Shown here piece after piece: positions 46,128 through 59,899 of a stretch of DNA of 64,000 nucleotides. Numbering within the stretch: the stretch's first letter is position 1; every line of letters begins with the position of its first letter. Under the pieces are notes generated by a model. That model made no database searches. It saw nothing but the letters and a program-made list of their open reading frames with translations, and had not been told where the DNA came from. Made by a program: the position numbers and the translations under genes. Location of the stretch: positions 192,169 through 256,168 of the forward strand of contig NW_003314304.1 of the NCBI RefSeq assembly GCF_000143415.4, given 5' to 3'. This DNA comes from Selaginella moellendorffii. Its lineage: Eukaryota > Plantae > Lycopodiophyta.

Positions 46128-46794
46128 ATGGCGGATACCATGAACAAGGAGGTGAGTGGCGGCGTTTGTTTCTCGTTTTAGGGCTGGTCGATCCTGTGTG
46201 TAGGCTGTTGTGGAGCTCCAGGCCAAGCTGGTGGATGCCACAGCCAAGCTCAAGCAGGTACTATCGATCGATCGCTTTGACCTAAGTTTTTTCTTGTGTT
46301 TCTTGTTGTGAAGGTCCAAATGCAAATGCGGACCAAAGAAACCGAGAAGAAGCGCGCTCTGTTGACACTAGACGAGATCAACTACCTAGACGATGATACA
46401 CACACTTACAAATCAGTCGGTAAATTTTCGCATGTTGTTTTCTTCGTCCCTTAGTTTTTTTTCTTTCTTCAGGCAAAGCGTGAGTTCATAGTTTTACAGC
46501 ATCTTTTCTTTTGTTTTGGGATGGATGATTTTTTGTGCAATGCAGCTTTATTTTGGAGCCCAAGTCGAAGCTCGTGGGCGAGCTACAAGAAAAGGCCCAG
46601 GAATGCGAGTCCGCCATGACCAATCTCTCCGTAAGATTACTTCCTTTCTTTCTGTTTGTCCAATCGGGATTTGTGTATAGGCTTCCAAGGAGTATCTAGA
46701 ACGGCAGCTCAAAGAAATCGAGGGTAATTTCAAGGAACTGTTGCAGCAATCACCATCCCTCGCAAGACAAGTCATGGCAATGTCAGTGACATAA
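46128..46794 (+). CDS. PFD1: Prefoldin subunit 1
   Basis: MADTMNKE|AVVELQAKLVDATAKLKQ|VQMQMRTKETEKKRALLTLDE...TYKSVGKAFILEPKS...ASKEYLERQLKEIEGNFKELLQQ...MSVT*. Confidence 0.93.
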
Positions 46795-47425
46795 AATGTG
46801 CATCGCTTTGAAAGTCAGATTAAGAGTTCACTTTAATCTAAAGATTATTGTTATCTATCAATACGGAAACATAATCAACTCCAAAGTATATTATATATGC
46901 AGAATGCAGATAAAACGAAGCTTTCTTACTGCACAATGTAGACTGTTTACTATTTACTATCTGTCTAAGTATGAGTCTTTGTAATCCTAATTTATCATGT
47001 TCGTCACTATTCTTTGGTGGAAATGCTAAGTAATTTTTCATCGACTTGTTTTTGTTCTTGATTTCTTCACATGGAAGGTGGTGGTGAAATGGGCTTGAGT
47101 AGAAGCTAGCCTTGGTGTTTAGTGGGGATGCAACAATACTAATGCTTGACAGATACAACTCATCATTGTTTAATGTAATTTTCTAGGTTGCATGCCTACT
47201 CATGGATTGAGCATTTGGGATGGTGGCCACATATATCATGGATGTGATGATACACCCAAACTTGGTGTTTCCTCCTTGTTTGTAGGGAGATGTAGCACTA
47301 CAGTTTGTAAATCCTAATGTCGCCTCGAAGTGCACCATTCAGCTTGTCTTGGGTGCCATGCAAATGAGGTTACCTCCACGGATGATGTGCTGAAGCTGCA
47401 GCAGCAGCATGGTGAGGACAGCAAA

Positions 47426-47690
47426 TCAATTTGAAGGACAAGTCAAGACCACTGTTTTCTTGAGCTTGTCCATGGCATCAACGCGATTCTGGGGGAAATC
47501 CAGGTTATCCATCACAGCTCTCTCTGCTAACAGGCCTGTGAGAAGGATCGAGCTGTGGCATCCCTGTGCAAAAGAGAAAAGTTTGATCAAAGAAAAATAA
47601 GAAAAATTTGAATTTGTATTGATCAATTGCGAAGACCATGCACAAAGAGGCAGAACATCATGCTAGCTCCTGTGGATCCTAATATGTCTA
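47426..47690 (-). pseudogene. Class III peroxidase gene fragment (exon 2 relic)
   Basis: After a ttttgcacag acceptor the sequence reads GCHSSILLTGLLAERAVMDNLDFPQNRVDAMDKLKKTVVLTCPSN*. This resembles GCDASILL....ER.A.DN.....FD.ID..K..VE..CP and is truncated. Confidence 0.6.
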
Positions 47691-47699
47691 AGCCTGTCA

Positions 47700-49200
47700 A
47701 GTTAGGATTGTTTTAGAGCTTTTATGAAAGGACAATCGCCCTACAACCCTTGATAATGCTCCGTTAGCTGATTCTACAACCACTATAGATGTTGATCCCA
47801 CCTCAATTGTACCAGTTCAAGATTCTAGTGGCTGTGTTAGTTATGGGAGTTATGAACATGGGTGTGGACAAGGTTATAAGGGCGGTTGTAGCCCACAATG
47901 TTACAACTGTGACATATTGCAGTGGAATATGGGAATCTGTTGTAACAATAGTGATGCTTAAATACTTCCTGTTAATTAACTAAAAAACTAATGGATGTGT
48001 TTAAAGTTTCATCTTGTCCTCCTTTGACATGCACAAATAATAGGAGGTGTCCTATTATTTCTCAACCGCTCACGGATAACAGGAGGTGTCTTATTATTTA
48101 TATTGTCTTCTCTAGAGTTATTTATGACACCAAAGTGATGGTTTTGGTGGATATTGCCTTTGCAATTGGTTTGTAGTTTGGAATTACAACAACTCTCCTA
48201 TTCTTATCCTTTGCAGTCATTTTTACTAATTAAAGGTTTTTGGCACATATGTCTTTGCAATATAACTTCCATCACATATGATGCCCAACCAAGTTTACAA
48301 TATCATCTTGGGTGTCAATTGGTTGTATGCTAGTTAAAGTTTATTATGATTATAAGCCTCAATATTCCAAGACATCCTTCCCTTTGTTTATGTTTGCCAG
48401 CTATTATTTATCAACCAGCTCAACCTAAGATGTTCCAAGAATTGCTACATACAAGAGTTTTTTTGTCACCTTTGTATCCTAGAAAACCCATATCAAGATT
48501 CTTAAGATATTTGTGTGCAATTTGTCATTATTTTCACTAAAAAGGTGATCACTTGATTGTAGAGTCCTTTTGGATCTTATTATCTAGAGTTGATGCTTAG
48601 GAATTGATCATTCATGATCCTATATATGCCATGCTCTGGTAATCATGGTCTTTCTCTACCAAACTTTATTCTTATATTAAATATTTCTTTAGAATATTTT
48701 TTGCCCCAGTCACACAAAACGAATACCAACATTAAGATCCTATCCCTTACACACAGGGCCTTTTCTTATTTTATTATTCTGATTTAGTTGCTAATAATAT
48801 GTTATGACTCAGCATTAAATAGTATCTATCCTTATTTACACTATGCTATCTCCTTTTAAGGTTCTTCACCACCCAACCACCCTTGAACTACCTCAAAATC
48901 TTCATTATGTTATTGTTCCCATTGTAAAGAGTAGATTAAGTTCCTATAACCAATATACCTTTGGCCCCTCGGTCAAAATTGATACCTAACAACTCTTTGC
49001 TGCCCCCTCCCCCCGAAAAAAATGTCTTTTGGATTCTTCTCAAGCTAATGGTCTACAACTATATAATGTGAGATAGTATACCTTTCAATTACCTGACATA
49101 AAATATTAGATGAGTTTTCTCAGAAGTGGTCTACATTCGTAAACTCAAAAGTGAATGAAATTATGAATGAAAGCTTTCATTTCAATTGCATTCTTATTTG
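47700..49200. mobile_element. Highly degenerate retrotransposon-like remnant
   Basis: AT-rich and stop-riddled, with only weak motif traces (e.g. HHFGV on the minus strand near 48130); family uncertain. Confidence 0.3.
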
Positions 49201-49510
49201 AAAAAAGGAAAAAGACAACTCTTGCAATCTTTCTTATCAAGGTAGTAATTCAAGGACTAAAAAATGTAATAACTATTATATAACCAATCAAAAGATAAAA
49301 ATAGATACATGAATATTATGGGTATTATTACAAAGAGAACATATGAAATGAAAAGTATATCTTTTTAGTAATTATATAAAATAAAAAAATTTATATTATC
49401 ATTAAAGAATAAAAATAATCTAGCTTCCTCCAAAAGGTTTTTGCAACTCAACAATAATAAGGTGTAAGCTCCTCAATTTGAACTTCCTGCTATTAAAATC
49501 TAAGGATGTT

Positions 49511-49720
49511 TAACCCCAAATATCCCAAAACTCTTAACTGATTGGAAAAAGAGGTGTATTTTTATTCATGGGCCCTTTCCCTTTATATTTGAATCCTGGA
49601 TTTCTTGAGAGGTCACCCATCTCAATATTATTCAAACACTCAACCCTAAATATCCCAAATATCAATTAGATAGAGGGTGCACTTTTATTCATGGGTCCTT
49701 TCTCTTTATATTTGAATTCC
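49511..49720 (-). repeat. Dispersed repeat, two partial copies (reverse orientation)
   Basis: The reverse complement matches the unit aaatataaa.gga...taaa.gtgcac.....ccaatc..ttaa...gggatatttagggtt found at 55850-56450. Confidence 0.75.
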
Positions 49721-50879
49721 ATGGATTGGCTTTTAACTTGTTCCCTTTGGTTGTTTACATAAAGCTTGTTTGGTATATATGAATATTTATTTTAGGATCA
49801 TAGTGCAATGTCTTAATGAAGATGTAATAAATGTGTTTGTAAGGAGCATATGCCTTCCTATGTTCTTTGCACTCTGTAAAGTCCAGATATGTGTAAAAAA
49901 GAAGGTCTTGAATGACAATTGTGTACTTTCCACCTTTTTTTTTGATAATATATTCTTTCACTAGCGCAATGATGTACTTTATAGAGAGAATCTTATATTC
50001 AAGTGTTTGAGTTGAACTTATTTTACCCTGTTTTTGCTTGGAGATGGTACCAATAAATTTAACTACCTTACTTTTTTTTCTTGTCCAACCTGATTAAAAT
50101 GTACCCATGTATTAGCAAGATCACTTAATCCAATCATTTATATTAGAGAGAGAAGATATATAGCAGAGGTGTGGCCTATTACAAACATCTTGAAGACAAG
50201 AAGGTGCTTTTGGTCATAATGATTGGGTTTGGAAATAATTTTTTATGGATAAATTCATATAGACAATTCAAGGATAGAGTTGATTTTTATTGTAACTTCT
50301 TCTGTAGTCATAAGCTTATGAAAAAACAAGTGCATGTTGGTAGAGAGGCGAGAAACTAAAAAGTATTGCAAACAACTTTAAATATCAGTGGAGTTGGATT
50401 CATGGCTAGCACTAAAGTGGCATCTTCATTAGAATTGACCATCTTTTGCTTCACATTTGTTTTGGCAAAAGTGTAGTTGTCGATAACATTTCACATGATA
50501 ACTTTTTTAACTCTTTGGAGATATTTTCTATCATCACAAGGAAACTTTCATTCTTTTAAGCATTAATAGAGTCTAGGATTCTTTTATAATGACCTCAAGT
50601 ATTTATAACTTATTTACCACTTATTTACCGAGCATTCTTAATATGATCCAACTCTTTAAGGCAACTCAACCAATTTCACTGGCATTCCATACCTTCTATA
50701 GAATGCTTTATGTTATGTTTCCATTATTGCCTTTTGCATTACTTTATCTTTTGGTGGTGAAATCTTTCCACTTTCTATTTTGTTTTTTGTTTCTTCACTT
50801 TTCCTTTCTATGGTGACCATGCTCTAGTTAGATTATTGATTGTATAATGACTTTTCAACTTTTGTCAGTTTGTGCTCAA

Positions 50880-53400
50880 GAACTTTAGCTTCTTGATCTA
50901 CATCACTTCAATCCCACCAATCTTTGAGCAAGAATATTGGCTAGACCAGCCTTCTTAACATCAATCTCTGGGATCTAGATGATGGACTGATCCACAACAT
51001 CACTAGAGTGCAAATATGCTTTAAATTTGCTCACATGGAATGTTGAATGAATCTTTGAACTAGCTAGCAAGGCCAAAGTCTATACAAGATCCTTCACATA
51101 CTGTAAAATTGTCTAAAGCCCACAATACTCTAAAAACAACTTAGCACTACCACCTCCTTTTAGAAACTATTGTGCATCTGACAGCTTAAGGAAAACGTTG
51201 TCACCAACTTTGTACCCTTGATGATAACGATGCTTATTAGCCAAGATTTTGTCTCAATCTTGAGCTTGCCTTATATTCAACTTTGCCAACTCAAATTTGT
51301 CTTGCATATCCTCTAGGAAATCACAAGTATGAGGTACTTGAACCAAAGCCAAACTCAAATTCATGGGAGACTTAAGCTCATAGCTATGCATCACCATAAA
51401 TAGAGACATGCCAATAACTAATTGATAAATGCTATTGTGAGCAAATTAAAGGAAAGACAAATATTTTTCCCATACTCTCTATCGAGTCAAATTTCTCACA
51501 AAAGACATTAACATATCTTCTAATATCTGATTCATGCACTTTATTTGCTCATTTAATTGTTGATGCTCACCATTACTCATGCTCAACTTAGTCTCTAGCT
51601 TCTCAAAGACTGTTTACTAAAACTTGGCGTGAACTTGGGATTTTGATCACTCACAATATCACCTGGAAAAATATAGAGATTGAATAACTAATTCACAAAT
51701 AATTAAGCAAGTTTAGAAGCTTTAATTGTTATCTTCATTGGGAAGAAGTGAGCCATCTTTGTCAAAAAATCCACAGCAACCCAAATAGTATTATTTCCTT
51801 AAGAGGTCTTGGGTAAATTAGTGATAAAATCCATTGAGATGCTATCCCATTTATTCTTGGGTACATGTAAAGGATGATAGAGGTTATCAAACTTTTGATG
51901 ATCAACTTTGACTGCCTGCACGATCAAACAACTATATACATACTTCTTAACATCTTCATCTTAGGCTAAAAAAAAATGCCTTTTCACTAACATATATATT
52001 TGTAGTACCTTCGAATGCCCAGTACTTGGCATATCTTGACACTCAATTAAATTTTTTTTGATGAGTTTATCAACATGAGGAACCACTATAGATCCCTTCT
52101 TCACCAAGATTCCATCTCGTATCTCAAATGATGCAAATTTATCACCCTTCAAATCTGTAGAGGTGTCCCTCAACAAAACCTTCACGCAAATATCAATGAT
52201 AAAGAAGTCGAAGTTAATAAACTCCTTAAGCTCATCTAAGAGATCACTAAAGAGCTTCACAAACGAGATAGAATTTACCATTTTAGATAATGTATCAACC
52301 ATTTTAATGTCACCTCCATGCTTGTACTGGATTTTAACAAACATTTCTTGTAAGATGGCCTCAAAGATCCTTTTGTTGATTTAAATACTAGAGAGACTAA
52401 TGGACTGAATCTATATGAAAGTTCAATCCATACAAATAATGTTGCCATTCCTTCACATCAACAATTATAGCATACAACTCTTTGTCTTGAGTAGGCTAAT
52501 TTTGTTATGCAGCATCAAACTTAAGGTTTGTAAATGCAAAAGAATACCTAACTTGAAGTAATGTGGCCCTAATAACAATATCACTTGCATCATTGCCTAT
52601 CATTATTTATAGATTCCACCATCGTCACTTTAGTATTCATTGGGATACTTTAGGATAATCTTTGCCTTAATATTTACCTCTATAACAATAGAAACAATTG
52701 CCCTTCATCTTGTCCTTCTTTTGCTAGTCTAATGAAGTTTTTTAGCTTTATTGCCACTGAACAAAACCAATGAGGGATATATGGCAAAAGAAGAGTTTCT
52801 CTAAGAATGACATAACAATGATTGTTTCTTCACCAAATATGAAGTATTGGTTAGCTGGTTATCACACTAAATACCCTATAGACTATTTTGTTGATCATAG
52901 TTGACCAAGTTGACAAACAGTTTAGGCAAAAAGATTTTGAGCTTTAGTGATGGCATCAATCAAAGTTGTTGGAAAATCTTTCTTGACCTTCTGTCGCACA
53001 TCCATTTAGTTTAAACCTTTGATAAAACATTGCACGGCCATATGCATCCAAAGATAAGTTCAAACTTGATTTTTAGCAACTGGTTCACGAAATCAACTTT
53101 TTCAAACTTTTTGACAAATGAAGTGCAAAAAGCCTTCATTAAATCATTCTAAGAAGTCAGTTTAGGATTAGGTTTGATATAATTCTTCTACCATGAAGAA
53201 GCATAACTAGTAAGCTTCATCATGAAAAAATCAATCTTCACCTTATTCTTATAAGGATTGTGAAATTAACAATTGTTCCACAATTTTAACCAATAATCAA
53301 CCTCCTCACTATTGTAAACATTTAATGATGACTACCATTCGACGATACCATAATCCTTGGTATGCTTAACATATCAATGGTAATTATGGACATGAGATTG
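50880..53400 (-). mobile_element. Degenerate Ty3/Gypsy LTR retrotransposon internal region (gag, RNase H, integrase)
   Basis: Gag-like KVKIDFFMMKLTSYASSW (~53250); IQYKHG...VDTLSK and GHS..L..Y.LVKRHFF in ORF 51961-52344; integrase [40 protein letters not shown] (~51870-51750); IHSTFHVSK (~51040). Many stops. Confidence 0.85.
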
Positions 53401-55065
53401 ATTCAACTTTGAGGGTTCATGCAAAGCAAAAAATCCTTAATGAGATTGACAAAATCCTTAACCTTCTTAATGTTATTCTAAACCTCAGTAATTTAGTATC
53501 CTTATTACACTATGACATCATCAAGAGTCTCTTCCTTATCGTTATGGCTATCATCATTAATGCCATACTCCTCATCAAGATACTCGTCTGTCACCCCCCA
53601 AAAAATGTTCTACTCTAATACTAATAAAATGAATAAAGAGTGAACCCTAGGTCAACCTCTAGAGGCCATAGAATGTTCATAGAATATTCCTATAGTTTGT
53701 ATCAGTAACCATAAGGGATTTCTATAGGCCCCAATGTGGCAAGACCATAACCTTGATGTCTTGGAGAAAATATAGAACTATAGTGTAATTGCTTTATAAA
53801 GGCAAATACTAGAAAAGATATGTTTATGAAGATTATGAAAATTTTGAACACTTTGGTACATTGAAGAAAACCAAGAGTTATAATAGCTTGAAGTTGAAAA
53901 GAACCTCCAAAATTAATATCAAATTACCAAGTAGAAGAAAATACCAAACATTTGTTGCAACAATGTAAAAGAAAAAAAATGAAAGAGGAGACTATTATGG
54001 TGAAAGATTAAATGCACTAGTATGGTGGGGTAAGCAAACCTCCAAAAGCAACTAGAGTTGAGAACTTAAAATTAGGTGATTCCTTCACTTAAAAATCCTT
54101 TTATTTAGTCTAATACACGCTCAAAAATAATGCTTTTGGAGAAGAAGGACAACCACCAAAATGTGCTACCTCAATTGGCCACTTTTCATTGTTGGGGATG
54201 CCTCACAATGGTATTGATGTAGTTATAAGAAATATGTAGAATGATGCACTTAAGAAAACTCTTAGATGGAAAATAAAGCCCATAGAAACAAAGAGCATGG
54301 TTTAGTGATGGATAAAAAGTTTAAATCCAAGAGAAAAAAAATTAAAAATTACTTTAAAATTGGCTTTAAAACATGAGTTTGTGCCCAAGATATGAGAAAA
54401 CAAAGAAGGCTCCTCTCTTATGAGGCTAAAAAAAGGAGAAAAGATTTTAAAAAAAATTATAATTACTGATTAATGGTAGATTTTAGAATAAAATCATTTT
54501 TGCTTTTTGTATAATACCATATTTGTAATGACACATGTTTGAGGTGACATTTCTTTTAGTTCTAACTTTAATTACTCTATATAATAATTTTGAGCATGTG
54601 TAAAGATTGTAAAATAATATAGACTTCTAAATTTATATAAAACATAGTTTTTTATACTTCTAATAAACCTTTTTATAAAAGTTCATACTTTCAAAACTTA
54701 AAGGGAACTATATAGAATTTTTTTTTGCATTATTAAGATCACTTGCCACTTTTGTTTTACCATTGTCTTATGAAAGTTTTTTCTGCCGACATTTCAATCT
54801 TTGTCTTGGCTTTGTATCATTAGAAGTTATGATTCGGAAAAACACCAATGTAATTTAATGCTTGGAGTTTCTTTTTTCAAATATGGGTGAACATTGGGAT
54901 TTACAACATTCCGGATATTTAAGTTTTTAGATTTCCAGTCAAAGTGCCATTCTAAAAATGCCTGTGACAAGATGAAATAATGACCTAACCAACTTGAGAA
55001 GCATGGAAGAAGCTAAAAGACATGCTAAACTAGAAAGGATGCGTAAAGAAAGTCAAGTTGCTATT

Positions 55066-55471
55066 NNNNNNNNNNNNNNNNNNNNNNNNNNNNNNNNNNN
55101 NNNNNNNNNNNNNNNNNNNNNNNNNNNNNNNNNNNNNNNNNNNNNNNNNNNNNNNNNNNNNNNNNNNNNNNNNNNNNNNNNNNNNNNNNNNNNNNNNNNN
55201 NNNNNNNNNNNNNNNNNNNNNNNNNNNNNNNNNNNNNNNNNNNNNNNNNNNNNNNNNNNNNNNNNNNNNNNNNNNNNNNNNNNNNNNNNNNNNNNNNNNN
55301 NNNNNNNNNNNNNNNNNNNNNNNNNNNNNNNNNNNNNNNNNNNNNNNNNNNNNNNNNNNNNNNNNNNNNNNNNNNNNNNNNNNNNNNNNNNNNNNNNNNN
55401 NNNNNNNNNNNNNNNNNNNNNNNNNNNNNNNNNNNNNNNNNNNNNNNNNNNNNNNNNNNNNNNNNNNNNNN
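55066..55471. other. Assembly gap (N run)
   Basis: Run of n. Confidence 1.
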
Positions 55472-55849
55472 GACAAATAGGAAGAAAGTGAAAAGTGATA
55501 TTGAGAGGACAAACATATGGAATTAATTAGATAAGGAATAGGTTCTTAATCCAAAAGAACTAGTTATGGATATTGATCTCAACAACATGGTATATGGATG
55601 CAAATATAAAAAGATGTTACAAGGTTAAATTACCTAGGCAATATTAGAAAGTAAAAAACTCAATAATTATCTATATTGAATATTATTTAATACTAGGTTA
55701 CTTATCTTAGAAGTGCTCAAAAGGCCAAGGAGACCTTTATGAGCATCCAAAGGGGATACTCTCACTAACCTTCAAAAGCACACTCAAAATTGACTTGATA
55801 GATATAAAGCCCAAACAAAAGTGTTTAAATGTAAGTAGCAAAAAGAACA

Positions 55850-56450
55850 ATTTGAAAGATAATTTATAAGATTTTAAATATAAAAGGAAATGATTCATAA
55901 ACAAAAGTGCACGCTCTTTTCCAATCAATTAAAGGTATTGGGATATTTAGGGTTAAGTGTCTTTAGGTTTAAATAATACTTGGGTTTAAGTAGTATTGAG
56001 TTAGTGACCTCTTGAGAAGTTCATATTCATAAGCTTACATTTGGTATTAAAAAGGGTTTGAGTCAAACTTTATTTATTAGCTAAGGGAACCATACCACAT
56101 GTTAAAATTGACATTTGATGGTTCAATTTGGTCTGGTTGGGCTCAACCTAAGTAATAGGGTGTCAAGAGAGTGAGGCTCTCAAAAGAGCTAAAGCTTTTA
56201 ATTTCCATTTATGAGGGTGTGAATTTATAGAGAAGTATGATCGATTGTAAATAACTAAAAAGAAAAATTTTAGAGACAATCTATAAGGGTTTAAATATAA
56301 AAGGAAAAAAATATAAATAAAGTGCACCTATTTTTTCAATCGGTTAAAAGTTTTGGCATATTTAGGGTTAAGTATTATTAGGTTTGAGTAGTGTTTGAGT
56401 AATACTAGATTGGATGACCTTTTGAGAAGTTTAAATTCATGAGCTTATAT
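55850..56450 (+). repeat. Dispersed repeat, two ~190-bp direct copies (~55850-56040 and ~56267-56450)
   Basis: Both share tttaaatataaaaggaaa...aagtgcac...caatc..ttaaa...atatttagggttaagt...tgacct.ttgagaagtt...ttcat.agctta.at. Confidence 0.85.
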
Positions 56451-58286
56451 TGAAGGTGTTTGAATTAGGAGTTCAATTCAATTTGTATATCTAAAAGCTC
56501 TAGAAGTTATTTTAATAGTAGAAGATGGCATATATATGCAATTATCATGGGTTGGTACAAGTGTTTGAGGCAATGCAAGAGTAGCTACTATATGATATAA
56601 GGTTAGAGTTAGGGTTAGGGTTGAAAGGATAGTATTTGGACACTAAATAACTACACTTGACCTCCAAGATCTTTTTCTTATGTAAACATTTCACACTTAA
56701 TTAAATCATTTAAGTAAACATAATTAATATATAGGTGTATTATATACTTATATTTTTATTAAATTTTAATTGCCAATGATCAAATTAATCACTTTTTTTA
56801 TGATTTCAAGAGTTATATATGAGTAATACTTTTAAAAAATAAGCTTCATTATAATATTGCTTTATTGTATATAAAGGATATTTAGGTGGTACATTTTTCC
56901 AGTGCTTCTAGAGTGGGAAAATACTTTCTGTATAGTGTATTTTAGTGACAGTTAAAAAAAAATCTTCCTTTAATCTAAGAAAGATAAAAATTGTTAAATT
57001 TTCTTTTATTGATATTTAGTTTATATCTAAAAATTCTAGTGCTTCTCCTTAAAATGACAAAGTATGTTTTAGTGGTAGTTATAAAAAAATCTTTGCTTTC
57101 AATACATACAGAAAATCATGTAGAAATAGTAATATGTGTGATATATTATTAAATATTATTAAATTATATTTAACTGTATTCAGTTTTTCAATAAAAGATA
57201 ATTTTAAATAAATAATATATAATAATATTAAATCAAATATGCATAAAATACCTTTTATTTCTAAGTTATAATATTTTATATTTATTTAGAGTTAATGTTA
57301 TTTTAATATACAGCAAGAAATTTCACAATTTGTGTATTTCTTCTCTTCCAATTTTCTGTAAAAGCCCAATTTTTCCATCCATACTAATCTGTTATTTCAA
57401 ATAATTCCTCGCCATTAAATGTTACAACTATAAAATAAGTTTGATATAAATAAAAATGGCATTCTTGATAAAATGTATGATTAAAATCTTACTCTTGAAA
57501 TCATAACACCATAACACCATACTATTGCATTTCCATATGTATTACATATTCTCACACCTGAAATCATATCAGGCTTCCAATCGTAATCATCTAACTTATT
57601 ATCTCTAGTTTTATTGAATGTTGAAATCATGATAGTCTGATTTTTTAGATTATATAAATTATATTTTTCATTTGATGGTAGAGATCTTTGACAAGTATAT
57701 TTAATATTCAAAAGAATAATAAAAAAGACCACAACATAATTCTTGAGTTCTCTTTTTCTCTATCTAGGTAGTAGTTAGTAAAATATATTTCAATTTATAT
57801 ATTGTGTAAATCATAAAACTTCAAAAGTCTTATTTACCAGTATAGGAGCTATAATAAATTAATAATGTTTTTCTCCAGTTTCTTGAAGACTTTAAGTGTG
57901 GTGACTTAAAGTCCTTCCTATTAGCTTTATATGTATGTATTTGTACCTCTTGTATTATCATCTCTTTGGTTTAATATAATGTCAATCATTTATTTCTTAT
58001 GTTTCATTTAAATTTTCTTAAATATAAAAATGAAAATAAAAAATCTTAATTTAAACTATAAATTATAGTAAAAAGTTCAATGCATTATATGGCCATCTAA
58101 TTTTAATATATAATCTATTTACCTCATATAAATATTACTAGTATTTAAGTATAAGGAATCATTTATCTGAATATAATATTTCTAATTCCTATGTAGTTAA
58201 GCTCGTATCTAAAGATAGTTTAAGTGATCTTTATGCTACTAAACTACATTCCTAGCTTTCTTATAATACATGCTAAGATATTTAGT

Positions 58287-59249
58287 NNNNNNNNNNNNNN
58301 NNNNNNNNNNNNNNNNNNNNNNNNNNNNNNNNNNNNNNNNNNNNNNNNNNNNNNNNNNNNNNNNNNNNNNNNNNNNNNNNNNNNNNNNNNNNNNNNNNNN
58401 NNNNNNNNNNNNNNNNNNNNNNNNNNNNNNNNNNNNNNNNNNNNNNNNNNNNNNNNNNNNNNNNNNNNNNNNNNNNNNNNNNNNNNNNNNNNNNNNNNNN
58501 NNNNNNNNNNNNNNNNNNNNNNNNNNNNNNNNNNNNNNNNNNNNNNNNNNNNNNNNNNNNNNNNNNNNNNNNNNNNNNNNNNNNNNNNNNNNNNNNNNNN
58601 NNNNNNNNNNNNNNNNNNNNNNNNNNNNNNNNNNNNNNNNNNNNNNNNNNNNNNNNNNNNNNNNNNNNNNNNNNNNNNNNNNNNNNNNNNNNNNNNNNNN
58701 NNNNNNNNNNNNNNNNNNNNNNNNNNNNNNNNNNNNNNNNNNNNNNNNNNNNNNNNNNNNNNNNNNNNNNNNNNNNNNNNNNNNNNNNNNNNNNNNNNNN
58801 NNNNNNNNNNNNNNNNNNNNNNNNNNNNNNNNNNNNNNNNNNNNNNNNNNNNNNNNNNNNNNNNNNNNNNNNNNNNNNNNNNNNNNNNNNNNNNNNNNNN
58901 NNNNNNNNNNNNNNNNNNNNNNNNNNNNNNNNNNNNNNNNNNNNNNNNNNNNNNNNNNNNNNNNNNNNNNNNNNNNNNNNNNNNNNNNNNNNNNNNNNNN
59001 NNNNNNNNNNNNNNNNNNNNNNNNNNNNNNNNNNNNNNNNNNNNNNNNNNNNNNNNNNNNNNNNNNNNNNNNNNNNNNNNNNNNNNNNNNNNNNNNNNNN
59101 NNNNNNNNNNNNNNNNNNNNNNNNNNNNNNNNNNNNNNNNNNNNNNNNNNNNNNNNNNNNNNNNNNNNNNNNNNNNNNNNNNNNNNNNNNNNNNNNNNNN
59201 NNNNNNNNNNNNNNNNNNNNNNNNNNNNNNNNNNNNNNNNNNNNNNNNN
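58287..59249. other. Assembly gap (N run)
   Basis: Run of n. Confidence 1.
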
Positions 59250-59899
59250 AAGGGTTTAAGTTCCATTCCATGGTTATCCTATGATAAATCACCATAAGGT
59301 GAAAACCACATACATTACATCAAAGGATTAGTCTCGACGAGCACTATCTAATGAGATTAATTAGTTTTGTTGCATATGTAGATCTGAAAATAATTATCCA
59401 AGTGGGTATATATTTAGTTGTTATAGCTTTGCATGCATCCCTTAGGTATAAATTTTGGTTACCTTTTTGTATTGTGTTATGTGAGTTTTTGCTTAGGCTC
59501 ATAAGATGAATATGAGATGTACCATTTGCATGAGTTTACCCTTAAGCTTATGAGTGAGGTACATTAGCAACTTAAATTTACACTTTGAGTTAGCAAAATT
59601 AATGTTAGCTTATCAATGGTTATCATGAGTGGTCCTATATGACTGTGGGTAAACATAAACCACCTCTAGGTTTGCTATGAGTGGCAAATAGGCTGATCTA
59701 TAGCTATTTAGCATATCACTAATGGATATTCCTAGGCATAATTATGAGTGGATTGATTAAGATTGTAGGGATTAGTTTAATGGCTTAAGTAGTTAATGTC
59801 GTGCTCTCTCATAAACTTTTCCTAAATTAAACTGAAGGCAATGTGAATGTAAGTTTGAGGTCTTGTCAAAGTTGAGTCTGAAAAAAGAATTATTAGGGA

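Noticed and set aside
56601-56622. TTAGGG-like repeats as an interstitial telomere
   Set aside because: Only two to three imperfect units; short TTAGGG/telobox-like motifs are common throughout the window.
57481-57732. 83-aa ORF with a hydrophobic start as a secreted peptide
   Set aside because: Non-ATG start, extremely AT-rich context, no paralog or recognisable motif.
54994-59297. Long ORFs composed mostly of X
   Set aside because: Artefacts of translating the two N-run assembly gaps.
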